Shown here one piece after another: positions 21,602 to 30,687 of a stretch of 64,000 nt of DNA (position 1 is its first letter; every line of letters starts with the position of its first letter). The notes beneath the pieces were generated by a model. It was not told the origin of the DNA. It ran no database searches and saw only the letters and a program-made list of their open reading frames with translations. The stretch spans positions 302,469 through 366,468 of the forward strand of contig CAWETU010000005.1 of assembly GCA_963812135.1 (NCBI GenBank). Reading direction: 5' to 3'. The DNA is from Vulcanimicrobiota bacterium (GTDB taxonomy: Bacteria; Vulcanimicrobiota; Vulcanimicrobiia; Eremiobacterales; Eremiobacteraceae). The position numbers and the translations under genes are program-made.

Positions 21602-22180
21602 ATGCCCGAAGTCAACCCGACCGACGAGTTCGACTCGCTCTCGAGCGGCGCGCTGCCGGGCGTCGACGCGGCCGAAGACGATGCGCGCTCGAACGGCGAG
21701 CGGCGCGCCCAGACGTCGTTATCCGACCAGCTGGAGGAATCGCGCGCGCAGACCCAAGAGCAGAAAAACCTCTACATGCGCGCGCTCGCCGACTACGACA
21801 ACTACCGCAAGCGGGTCGAACGCGACATCCAGGACCTCTCCGAACGCGGCCGGCGGGATCTGCTCAAGCGGATCCTGCCCGTGCTCGACAACCTCGCGCG
21901 CGCAGAGGAGTACCGCAAGGCCGGCGCCCCGGTCGAGAAGATCATAGACGGCGTGATGCAGACCTCCAAGCAACTGCTCGCCGCGCTCGAAGCGGAGAAG
22001 GTCCGTCCGATCGAGGTCGTCGGCAAGCCGTTCGACCCTTCGATCGCCGAGGCCGTGGCGACGCAGCCGGCGGCCGATGGCGTCGAGGACAATACGGTCG
22101 TGGCCGAAGCGGCGAAAGGCTACTACATGGGCGATGACGTGTTGCGGCCGGCACAGGTCGTCGTGGCCAAGAAGATGTAG
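21602..22180 (+). CDS. grpE: nucleotide exchange factor GrpE
   Basis: RALADYDNYRKR, LPVLDNL, GKPFDP, GYYMGDDVLRPAQVVV. Confidence 0.95.
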   Translation: MPEVNPTDEFDSLSSGALPGVDAAEDDARSNGERRAQTSLSDQLEESRAQTQEQKNLYMRALADYDNYRKRVERDIQDLSERGRRDLLKRILPVLDNLARAEEYRKAGAPVEKIIDGVMQTSKQLLAALEAEKVRPIEVVGKPFDPSIAEAVATQPAADGVEDNTVVAEAAKGYYMGDDVLRPAQVVVAKKM

Positions 22181-22233
22181 AACCCGAGCGACGCTCGGGT
22201 GGCTAGCCCGGGCGAATGCTCGGGCTTTCTTTT
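22177..22233 (+). terminator. two hairpins between grpE and dnaJ, the second terminator-like
   Basis: ACCCGAGC-GAC-GCTCGGGT, then AGCCCGGGC-GAAT-GCTCGGGCT-TTCTTTT. Confidence 0.6.
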
Positions 22234-23280
22234 ATGCCGCTGCAATACAAAGACTACTACCAGATCCTCGGCGTTCCGAAGACCGCCTCCGCTAAGGAGA
22301 TCAAAGCGGCCTATCGGAAGCTGGCTCGCAAGTGGCATCCCGACGTCAACCCCACCAAGAAGAACGAATCCGAGGAGAAATTCAAAGAGATCTCCGAGGC
22401 CAACGAGGTTCTGAGCGACCCCGAGAAGCGAAAGCGCTACGACACGCTCGGCCCTAACTGGCAGCAGCAGGCGCAAGAATACACGCAGCGCGGCGGCGGG
22501 TTCTCGCCGGGCGGCGGGGGTTTCTCGCCCGGCGGCGACGGCGTGCACTACGAGTTCCACGATTTCGGCGGCAACGGCGAAGGCACGGACTTCTCCGACT
22601 TCTTCAACACCTTCTTCAGCGATTTCCGCGCGCGCGGCCCGACGTCGACGTCGCGTTCCGCAACGCGTCGCGGCATCCGGGGCAACGACGCAGAGTATGG
22701 CATCGAGCTCACGCTGCGCGACGCGTACGCGGGCGGCACGCGCCAGCTCACCGTGCAAACGCAAGCACGGTGCCCGCGTTGCGGCGGTACTGGGACCGTC
22801 AACGGCAAACTGTGCCACGAGTGCCGCGGCACCGGGGCGATCGACGTCACGAAGAAGCTCGACGTCACCATTCCGCGCGGTGTCAAAGATGGGCAGCGCA
22901 TCAGGCTCGTTGGGCAGGGCGGGCTCGGATTCGGCGGCGGCCCGAACGGCGATCTCTACTTGGTCGTGCATCTCGCGCACGACCCGATCTTCGAACGCAG
23001 CGGCGATGACCTCCGAGAAGAACATCCGGTGAGCGTCTATACGCTGGTGCTCGGCGGCGAGACCACCGTGCCCACGATGACCGGCAAGATCGACATGCGC
23101 ATCCCGCCGCTCTCGCAGAACGGCCGCGTGCTGCGTGTGCCAGGCAAGGGTATGCCGAAGCTGCGCGGCGGCGGTTACGGCGACCTTTATGTGAAAGTCC
23201 TGGCAGAAATGCCGACCCAACCGACTGACGAAGAGCGCGAGCTGTGGCAACGGCTCGCAGAAGTGGCGAAGGCACGCTGA
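22234..23280 (+). CDS. dnaJ: DnaJ/CbpA-type co-chaperone with a shortened zinc finger
   Basis: [12 protein letters not shown] motif, G/F region, only two CxxCxGxG repeats ([16 protein letters not shown]), DnaJ C-terminal domain. Confidence 0.85.
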   Translation: MPLQYKDYYQILGVPKTASAKEIKAAYRKLARKWHPDVNPTKKNESEEKFKEISEANEVLSDPEKRKRYDTLGPNWQQQAQEYTQRGGGFSPGGGGFSPGGDGVHYEFHDFGGNGEGTDFSDFFNTFFSDFRARGPTSTSRSATRRGIRGNDAEYGIELTLRDAYAGGTRQLTVQTQARCPRCGGTGTVNGKLCHECRGTGAIDVTKKLDVTIPRGVKDGQRIRLVGQGGLGFGGGPNGDLYLVVHLAHDPIFERSGDDLREEHPVSVYTLVLGGETTVPTMTGKIDMRIPPLSQNGRVLRVPGKGMPKLRGGGYGDLYVKVLAEMPTQPTDEERELWQRLAEVAKAR

Positions 23281-23549
23281 TGGAGACCGACGTCGGGACC
23301 GAGCTCTACGCGATCACGGCAGTGGTGGCCCAGTTCGAAGTGGCGCCGGAGACGCTGATCCGCTACGAGCGTGCCGGTTTGGTGCGCCCAGTGCTGGTCA
23401 ACGAAGTCCGCTTCTATTCGACCGCCGACGTCGACCGGCTCAACACGATCCGCCGCATGACCGACATCATGGGGATCAACCTCGCGGGCGTCGATGTCGT
23501 GCTCAGGTTATTAGAAGAGATTCGCCTTCTGCAACGCCAGCTCGAGTAA
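23280..23549 (+). CDS. MerR-type HspR/CbpM-like protein
   Basis: ETLIRYERAGLV, FYSTADVDRL, MGINLAGVDVVLRL; coupled to dnaJ by TGATG. Confidence 0.85.
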   Translation: METDVGTELYAITAVVAQFEVAPETLIRYERAGLVRPVLVNEVRFYSTADVDRLNTIRRMTDIMGINLAGVDVVLRLLEEIRLLQRQLE

Positions 23550-23556
23550 ATCCGGG

Positions 23557-24198
23557 CTAGCAGTCGCTGCCTATCTGGATCGCGACGACTTGGCCGGACC
23601 GTATGACGAAATACTTCAGCTCGCTGCAATATTTCTCCGACCTGCGATAGACATACACCTTATCGGACGTATCGGCCCCGAAGTGCGCAAAACCTGGCCC
23701 GTAGACACGTATCACGTCCGCCTCCGGGGATCCGAGGCGTATGCCGGTGTGCGTTCGCAAATCGCCGAGCGCGTGGAAATGGATCGGCGCAAGCGGCCAC
23801 GCCTCGAATAGCGCCTCTTCCCGTTCCATGCAACAATGATGAACGTAGTGGACGGCTCCGCTGAGTGGATCGCCTTCGACCCACGAATGCCCGTAGGCGG
23901 TGTCGAACTTGGTGCCTTCCTCAAGCGTTCGTTCCCCGGGCCTGCCGAAACGCGATTCCGGACACGGCGTGTCCGCGGATAATGCGTCCTGGATGCAATC
24001 CCGGATGTCGGATGCCACCGAGTACGCGGCGCCGCTCTCTCCGAGATCCGGACCGTGAAGCAGATCGCGCGTGGCGCTGGCGACAGACGTGTTCACCCAC
24101 AGCTCCACACCGAACCACAGCCAAACGAAACGCAAGGCCAGCCCTACGACGAGGACGATCGCAACAACAACTAATAGCGAACCGACATTGCGCGGCAT
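23557..24198 (-). CDS. membrane-anchored hypothetical protein
   Basis: N-terminal TM helix; C-terminal LRTHTGIRLGSPEADVIRVYG. Confidence 0.65.
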   Translation of the reverse strand: MPRNVGSLLVVVAIVLVVGLALRFVWLWFGVELWVNTSVASATRDLLHGPDLGESGAAYSVASDIRDCIQDALSADTPCPESRFGRPGERTLEEGTKFDTAYGHSWVEGDPLSGAVHYVHHCCMEREEALFEAWPLAPIHFHALGDLRTHTGIRLGSPEADVIRVYGPGFAHFGADTSDKVYVYRRSEKYCSELKYFVIRSGQVVAIQIGSDC

Positions 24199-24211
24199 AA
24201 GCGTTCGGACC

Positions 24212-25645
24212 TCACTGCGTGGGTTGCGCGTGCCAGAGCGTGATGCCCTGGCCGCCGAACCCTATGTAGTCATACGTCCGCGGCGACGTCCAGAGCGCGA
24301 TGCCGGGCCGATTGCTGATGAAATAGCCGACGAGCGCATCGGGCGTGTGCGCAAGCGTTTTCGTGTAGCGCCTTCCGTGAACGTCGACGATCTGGATCAC
24401 CGGCGTCTTTCCAACCATCCGCAATGTGGCCTCGCGCATGGTGCTCTTTTTGAAATGGACGACGAGCGGATATTTGCGATCGCTCCAAAAGTACCAGAAA
24501 CGGATAAGATTGCACGCCGCGTGCCCATAGTCGAGACGAAGGATTCCCGGGTCGAGGCGTGTGCCGATGAGTTCGGCATCCCCGATCGGCAGGTCGGAGA
24601 ACGGGATGCCGGTCAAGTCACCGATGTCTGCGGCTGCGTTTGCGCAGCTGCGCAATCGCCACGAGAGCCAGTTCACCGCCTCGTTGAAATTGCCGACCGG
24701 GATGACGTGCATGCCGAACGTGCCGCGCACCTCATCGTAATTCTGCCACGGCACGAGAAAGATCGTCGCCCCTTGACGCTTGGCAGCGATGATCTTCTGC
24801 CGCGCGCCGACGATCGGCCCCACATTGCCCTCGTCGTCGATGACGCCGGTACCCGCCACATTCTCGCCGTGCGTGAGATCGGCATGGGTCAGCGTGCGGT
24901 AGATCTGCAGCGCGAACATCAGACCGCTCGAACCGCCGCTCTGATACCACGGCAGTGAATATGTGACGACAATCGGCACGTTGCCGATCTTGTCGAACTG
25001 CGAGAGCGTGACGCCGAAGCGCGGTTTACCGCCGATCGGCTCGGTTGTGCAGCGCAGCGTCTTGGCGGCGGCGCCGCGTTGGACGCGCACGGCGAACGCG
25101 GAACCGACCGGCTTCGATTCTGCCGCCTGCGCGAGCGTGCGCACGCTGTCGATCGGAGCGCCGTCGACGTTGACAAGCTCGTCGCGCAGCGCGAAGCATT
25201 GGGGCGCCTTGCGTTTGCGATACAATCCGCCGATCGAGATGATGCGTTTGAATTCGACCGGCAGTCCCGCAGCGCGCGCGGCGACGACCTCTGCGCTATG
25301 CTTGCCCTCTTCTTGCGATGCATAGCTCGCGCGGATGACGTCGAAATCGCTCATGTTCGGCGGCGCCATCTCCGTGCGAGGCACGATCTCCACGCCCGGC
25401 AGCAGCTTGGCGGCGAGCAGAGTCGCGGGTCGGCCCGGCAGCGGGATGATCGTCGTGTCGAACAGCGAGCCACCGGGAGGCGGGCTGGCGCCGCTCACGT
25501 GGACGACGTGGTTCAAGTCCTCGGCCGCCCATGGGCCGATGACGTAGTATGGCAACGGCCAAAAGCCCAAGATGGCGACCACGAGCGCGATCGGCACGGC
25601 GCGCACGAGAAAGCGCTGCAGTTTCTTGCGACGTTCGTCGTCCAC
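24212..25645 (-). CDS. YlbL-like PDZ / Lon-type S16 protease with C-terminal extension
   Basis: LPYYVIGP, PDZ-like segment, SGGSSGLMFALQI (Ser), VAGTGVID, VGARQKIIAA (Lys). Confidence 0.8.
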   Translation of the reverse strand: MDDERRKKLQRFLVRAVPIALVVAILGFWPLPYYVIGPWAAEDLNHVVHVSGASPPPGGSLFDTTIIPLPGRPATLLAAKLLPGVEIVPRTEMAPPNMSDFDVIRASYASQEEGKHSAEVVAARAAGLPVEFKRIISIGGLYRKRKAPQCFALRDELVNVDGAPIDSVRTLAQAAESKPVGSAFAVRVQRGAAAKTLRCTTEPIGGKPRFGVTLSQFDKIGNVPIVVTYSLPWYQSGGSSGLMFALQIYRTLTHADLTHGENVAGTGVIDDEGNVGPIVGARQKIIAAKRQGATIFLVPWQNYDEVRGTFGMHVIPVGNFNEAVNWLSWRLRSCANAAADIGDLTGIPFSDLPIGDAELIGTRLDPGILRLDYGHAACNLIRFWYFWSDRKYPLVVHFKKSTMREATLRMVGKTPVIQIVDVHGRRYTKTLAHTPDALVGYFISNRPGIALWTSPRTYDYIGFGGQGITLWHAQPTQ

Positions 25646-25782
25646 AGTGCGGCGTTTTGCACGGCGCGGAAGCCGACCCCTTGGGGGACGGCAAGAAGTC
25701 TCCGGCGTCGACGCGAAAGCAGTCGGACGAGCCCGCGCACGAGAGCGCGGGACCACAACGGCCTTCTGGAGGCGCAAATCCG

Positions 25783-26937
25783 ATGCTCGCACCCGAACGC
25801 AGCGCTGAGATGCTCGAAGCCGAGCAGATGATCCTCGACACGGTGCGCAAGCTCGTCAAAGAGAAAGTCGAGCCGCGTGCCGCTGAGATCGATGCGAAAA
25901 GCGAATATCCCAAAGATCTGCGCGATCTGTTCGCAAAAAACGACCTGCTCGGCATCGCGTTGCCTGAAGAATACGGCGGTTTGGGCAGTTTCCTCACCTA
26001 TGTGAAGGTTGTCGAAGAGATCTCCAAGGCTTGCGCCTCGTCGGGCTTGATCATCGCCGTCCAAGAACTGGGCGCGCTGCCGATCATGATCGCCGGCACC
26101 GAGGCCCAGAAAAGGAAATATCTTCCGAAACTGGCGACCGGCGAGCTGATGACGTCGTACGCGCTCACCGAGCCGACGAGCGGATCAGACGCGGCGAACA
26201 TGCACTCCACCGCGGTGCGCGACGGCGATCACTACGTGCTCAACGGGACCAAGGTGTTCATCACCAACGTCGCAGTCGCCGATCTCTGCATCGTCTTCGC
26301 GATGACCAATATGGAGCTCGGACCGAAGGGCGCCTCGGCGTTCATCTGTCACACGGACGATCCCGGGTTCAAACTCGGCAAGGTCGAACACAAGATGGGG
26401 ATCCGCGGGTCACCGACCAATGAAGTGATCTTGAACAACTGCCGCATCCCGGCCGATCGCCTGCTGGGCGAAGAGGGTCAAGGATTCGGGATCGCGATGA
26501 AAACGCTCGACAAGTCCCGCCCCGGCGTCGCCGCGCAAGCGCTCGGCATCGCTCAGGGCGCGCTTGACTACGCCGCCAAGTATCTGAAGGAACGCGTCGC
26601 GTTCGGCAAGCCGCTGTCCAAGCAGCAAGGCCTGCAGTGGATGGTCGCCGACATGGAGCTCGAGACGCAAGCAGCACGCCTGCTGCTGTATGAAGCCGCA
26701 CGCAAGTGCGACGAAGGCGCGCCGGACGTCACCCATTGGGGTGCGTTGTGCAAGCTCAAATGCGGCGACGTGGCGATGAGCGTCAGCACCGACGCGGTCC
26801 AGCTGCTCGGCGGGTACGGGTACATGACCGAGTATCCGGTCGAGCGCATGATGCGCGACGCGAAGATCACGCAGATCTACGAAGGCACGCAGCAGATCCA
26901 GCGGATCGTGATCTCGCGAGCGCTATTGGGCAAGTAG
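25783..26937 (+). CDS. acyl-CoA dehydrogenase
   Basis: ALTEPTSGSDA, LNGTKVFITN, KMGIRGSPT, QLLGGYGY, ERMMRDAKITQIYEGT. Confidence 0.93.
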   Translation: MLAPERSAEMLEAEQMILDTVRKLVKEKVEPRAAEIDAKSEYPKDLRDLFAKNDLLGIALPEEYGGLGSFLTYVKVVEEISKACASSGLIIAVQELGALPIMIAGTEAQKRKYLPKLATGELMTSYALTEPTSGSDAANMHSTAVRDGDHYVLNGTKVFITNVAVADLCIVFAMTNMELGPKGASAFICHTDDPGFKLGKVEHKMGIRGSPTNEVILNNCRIPADRLLGEEGQGFGIAMKTLDKSRPGVAAQALGIAQGALDYAAKYLKERVAFGKPLSKQQGLQWMVADMELETQAARLLLYEAARKCDEGAPDVTHWGALCKLKCGDVAMSVSTDAVQLLGGYGYMTEYPVERMMRDAKITQIYEGTQQIQRIVISRALLGK

Positions 26938-26976
26938 TAACTCACTTCTTTCAGCAAAGGTATAGGGTCAAACCGA

Positions 26977-29296
26977 ATGGCGATCGCCCATAATTTAGGT
27001 TTTCCTCGCATCGGCCACAAACGCGAGCTCAAAAAGGCGCTCGAGGGATATTGGTCTGGGCAGTCCGACGAGACGGCGCTGCTCGAAACCGCTTGGCTGG
27101 TGCGCAAGCGCGATTGGGAGCTCCAGAAAAAGGCCGGCCTCGACCTGATACCGACCGGTGATTTTTCCCTATACGACCACATGCTGGACACGGCCGTGAT
27201 GCTCGGCGCTGTGCCGGAGCGCTACGGGCGGCGTGGCGGCAACGTCGACCTGAAGACGTACTTCGCGATGGCGCGCGGCGATGATGCGCACCCGGCGATG
27301 GAAATGACCAAGTGGTTTGACACCAACTACCACTACATCGTGCCGGAATTCACGCCGCAGACGCGCTTCGCGCTCTCGAGCACGAAGCTCATCGACGAGA
27401 CCAAGGAAGCAGTCGGATTGGGCATTCCGGCCAAGCCGGTGATCGTCGGCCCATACACGTTTTGGCGTTTGGGCAAATGGCGGCCGGAGAACGGTCGAAT
27501 AAATTCGACCGCTACGGGGGCGGCTGCGCATCTCGCGCCGCTCGAGCTGATCGAGCGCATGATCCCGGTCTATGCCGAGCTGCTCGCGCGGTTTGAAGCG
27601 ACTCGGGATCCAGTGGGTCCAAATCGACGAACCGGCGCTGGTGCTCGACCACAAGCCGGAATGGATCACCGCGCTGGAGCACGCCTACGCCACATTGGTG
27701 GCCGAAGGCGCTCCCAACATCATGCTGACGACATATTTCGGCGGGGTAAACGATATCGCGGCGCAGCTCAAGGAGCTGCCGGTGGCCGGCCTACACCTCG
27801 ATCTCGTGCGCGCACCTGAACAACTGGACGCGTTCGCGCGCTCGTATCCAAAGGATAAGGCGCTGTCGCTCGGCGTCATCGACGGACGCAACGTGTGGCG
27901 CGCCGATCTCGATGCGGCGCTTAAGACCATCGAACCCTTCGAGCCGATTGGCGACCGGTTGTGGATCGCGCCGTCGTGCAGCCTGCTGCACAGCCCGATC
28001 GATCTCGAGCAAGAGACCAAGCTCGATCCCGAGCTGCGATCGTGGATGTCGTTCGCCGTCCAGAAACTCGATGAGGTCGTCGCTCTCCAGAAGGCGCTCG
28101 GACCGCAAGCCGTTTCCGTGCAGCCCTTGATCGTGCAGGCCCGGGCAGCACAGCTGAGCCGGCGGACGTCGGTGCGCATCCACGACCCGGCGGTCGAACG
28201 ACGTGAAGCGGCTCTGCAAGACAGCGACGCCCGCCGCTCCGCGCCGTTCGCCGAACGCAGCGGGCAGCAACGGGCGCGATTGGGGCTCCCGCCGTTCCCG
28301 ACGACCACCATCGGCAGCTTCCCGCAGACGAGCTCGATCCGCGAGGCGCGCGCGAAGTTCAAGAAAGGCGACATCGACGCCGCCGAGTACGAGCGCCGCA
28401 TCAAAACGGAGATCGAGCATGCGGTCCGCGAGCAAGAGAAGATCGGCCTGGACGTCTTAGTCCACGGCGAAGCCGAGCGCAACGACATGGTCGAGTATTT
28501 CGGGGAGCAGCTGCGCGGCTTCGCGTTCACGCAGAACGGTTGGGTGCAGAGCTACGGATCGCGCTGCGTCAAGCCGCCCATCATCTTCGGAGATGTGTCG
28601 CGTCCGACGCCGATGACGGTGGATTGGATCACGTACGCACAATCGTTGACTTCCAGACCGATGAAAGGCATGTTGACCGGCCCGGTGACGATTCTGCAGT
28701 GGTCGTTCGTGCGCGACGACCAGCCGCGCTCGGACACGGCGTTGCAGATCGCGCTCGCCATCCGCGACGAGGTCGTCGACCTCGAGCGCGCCGGCGTCAA
28801 GATCATTCAGATCGACGAGCCGGCCATCCGCGAGGGGCTGCCGCTCAAGCGCGCGCAATGGGGCGACTACCTCAAATGGGCGGTGAAAGCGTTCCGCGTC
28901 GCGTCTTCAGGCGTGCGCCCCGAGACCCAGATCCACACCCACATGTGCTACTCCGAGTTCAACGACATCATCGAGTCGATCGCCGCGATGGACGCCGACG
29001 TGATCACGATCGAGTCCTCGCGTTCGGACATGGAGATTCTCGAAGCCTTCGCGAGCTTCAAGTATCCGAACGAGATCGGCCCGGGCGTGTATGATATCCA
29101 TTCGCCGCGCGTGCCGAGCGAGGACGAGATGACCGCGTTGCTCGAGAAAGCGGCGACGGTCGTGCCCCCCGATCAGCTCTGGGTCAACCCGGACTGCGGA
29201 CTCAAGACGCGTCGCTGGGAAGAGGTCGTGCCTGCGCTCACCCACATGGTGGCGGCCGCACGGCGGCTGCGCTTAAAAGTGGCGGCGAAAGTCTAA
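26977..29296 (+). CDS. metE: cobalamin-independent methionine synthase (one frameshift near 27600)
   Basis: [54 protein letters not shown]; split over two frames. Confidence 0.93.
27492..27515 (-). repeat. REP family 1 copy in frame inside metE
   Basis: cggtcgaataaattcgaccgctac, translated as GRINSTAT. Confidence 0.9.
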
Positions 29297-29339
29297 GGTC
29301 GCGAATGATCAGATGCCGACCGGAGCGCATCGGTTGGGC

Positions 29340-29606
29340 CTAAGCGTGTGCCAACAAGTGGGGGGCGAGGTGTACTCCACTCAGATCGAGACCCCGAGTT
29401 TCCGCGATCTTCAAGAAGACCGCGAAATCCTCAACGTCTCCCGATAGCAGCTCTACGCCCACGACCTTCCCGTCGCCATCGACGTCTATATTGACGTTAC
29501 CCGCCGCAAAGGCTTCAGTCGTCGCCACAGGCGAATCCGAAAATAGGAAATACATGGGATCGCCAACGACACCGTTCCACTCGATTGCCTTAAGCGTCTG
29601 TTTCAT
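29340..29606 (-). CDS. DUF2283-like protein (putative antitoxin)
   Basis: DPMYFLFSDSPVATT...VNIDVDGDGKVVGVELL; overlaps the upstream DUF4258-like gene. Confidence 0.75.
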   Translation of the reverse strand: MKQTLKAIEWNGVVGDPMYFLFSDSPVATTEAFAAGNVNIDVDGDGKVVGVELLSGDVEDFAVFLKIAETRGLDLSGVHLAPHLLAHA

Positions 29607-29832
29607 GGGTAACCTCATTTGCGGTAACCGTCCGCACGAAGTAAATATCCATTGGCTTGTGCCAGAACGTAACCCGTATCCTGCGTGATCCAATAATCTT
29701 GTACCTATTGCGACAGCCTTCCCGACCTGGAAGTTCAACCTCTGGAGAGCTCAGGGTTGCTAGAACTTCAGCGTGCGACACGTCGCGCTGACGCATGCGC
29801 TTTCGAGCGTGCGAGTGATATGTAACTTCCAT
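29590..29832 (-). CDS. DUF4258-like protein (putative RelE-fold toxin)
   Basis: HSHARKRMRQRDVSHAEVLATL...RIRVTF...VRTV; 80 aa; visibly lower GC. Confidence 0.78.
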   Translation of the reverse strand: MEVTYHSHARKRMRQRDVSHAEVLATLSSPEVELPGREGCRNRYKIIGSRRIRVTFWHKPMDIYFVRTVTANEVTHETDA

Positions 29833-29895
29833 GCGAGGAAATAGTATGTCTCGGATGTGTGCTGATGTTTTTCAGATTGCAGACGTCTTGCGATG

Positions 29896-29976
29896 CTAGC
29901 GGGCTCGGTCAATCCCGTCTAACGATGACGGGTTTTCGAGCGCCAAAAGGTCGCCCAAGTTCTCCGTCTGCAGATA
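29896..29976 (-). pseudogene. diverged duplicate of the acyl-CoA synthetase 3' end
   Basis: YLQTENLGDLLALENPSSLDGIDRAR* versus YLKMENLGDLSALENPSSLEAIDAAR* at 30688-30768 (20 of 26 aa identical). Confidence 0.9.
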
Positions 29977-29995
29977 GTCGCCGCCGACATGCTTC

Positions 29996-30088
29996 GAGAA
30001 GGCTGCGACGGTCGTGCCGGCCGTCGATGTAGTCGCCGCGGCGAAGCGCATGCGCGCGAAGGTCGCGGTCAGCGCTCAGATGGCTTGA
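29996..30088 (+). pseudogene. diverged, internally deleted duplicate of the metE 3' end
   Basis: [30 protein letters not shown] versus metE EKAATVVP[22 aa][20 protein letters not shown]. Confidence 0.82.
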
Positions 30089-30135
30089 ATTTGCCTTGTC
30101 AGACGCTATGTCACTGGTGATATACTACATGTGCG

Positions 30136-30663
30136 ATGGCTGAAATCGTTGTGCCTCAGTCCAAACCGGCAACCGAATGGATCCGTGGCCGCGCCGTCCA
30201 GAAAGTGAGCCCCCAGCGCGAGCATGCTCTTGCGCAAGGCGTCTTCTTCAGCGAATTGCATCGGTGGGCGAAGCGATTCAGGTCGGGTCGCGTCGGCACG
30301 GAGTGGGAATTCCGGCTAGCACCGCCCGGCGCTGTGCGGCGGCCACTCGTCCCCGATGTCGCCTACTTAGCGTACTCGCGCATCCCGCGCGAGTCGCCGG
30401 GCGAGGCCGACATCCCCCGAGTCGCTCCCACCGCCGTCGTGGAAGTGCTCTCTCCTGATGACACAAGGTCCGACGTTGAGGAAAAGGTGCGAGTCTATCT
30501 CGCTGCGGGGAGCGAAGTCGTATTTCTTGTCGAGACGAAACTGAAAACCGTTACCGCGCGCCACCGCGGTGGTGAGCGTGCATTCAATGAGACTGATGAA
30601 GTCAGCGATCCGGCGTTGCCCGGATTTGTCATGCCGGCGGCGGCGTTGTTCCAGGAACCCTAG
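30136..30663 (+). CDS. Uma2 (DUF820) family putative endonuclease
   Basis: EWIRGRAVQKVSP..EH, LVPDVAY, PTAVVEVLSPDD, KVRVYLAAG, LPGF; TGnTATACT at 30118-30126 just upstream. Confidence 0.88.
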   Translation: MAEIVVPQSKPATEWIRGRAVQKVSPQREHALAQGVFFSELHRWAKRFRSGRVGTEWEFRLAPPGAVRRPLVPDVAYLAYSRIPRESPGEADIPRVAPTAVVEVLSPDDTRSDVEEKVRVYLAAGSEVVFLVETKLKTVTARHRGGERAFNETDEVSDPALPGFVMPAAALFQEP

Positions 30664-30687
30664 TCACGCCTGCTGCTACCGCGTTAG

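Noticed and set aside
29896..30051. 51-aa minus-strand ORF (MRFAAATT...DGIDRAR) as a real gene
   Set aside because: It is a chimera of the antisense of the metE relic and the acs 3' relic; no SD.
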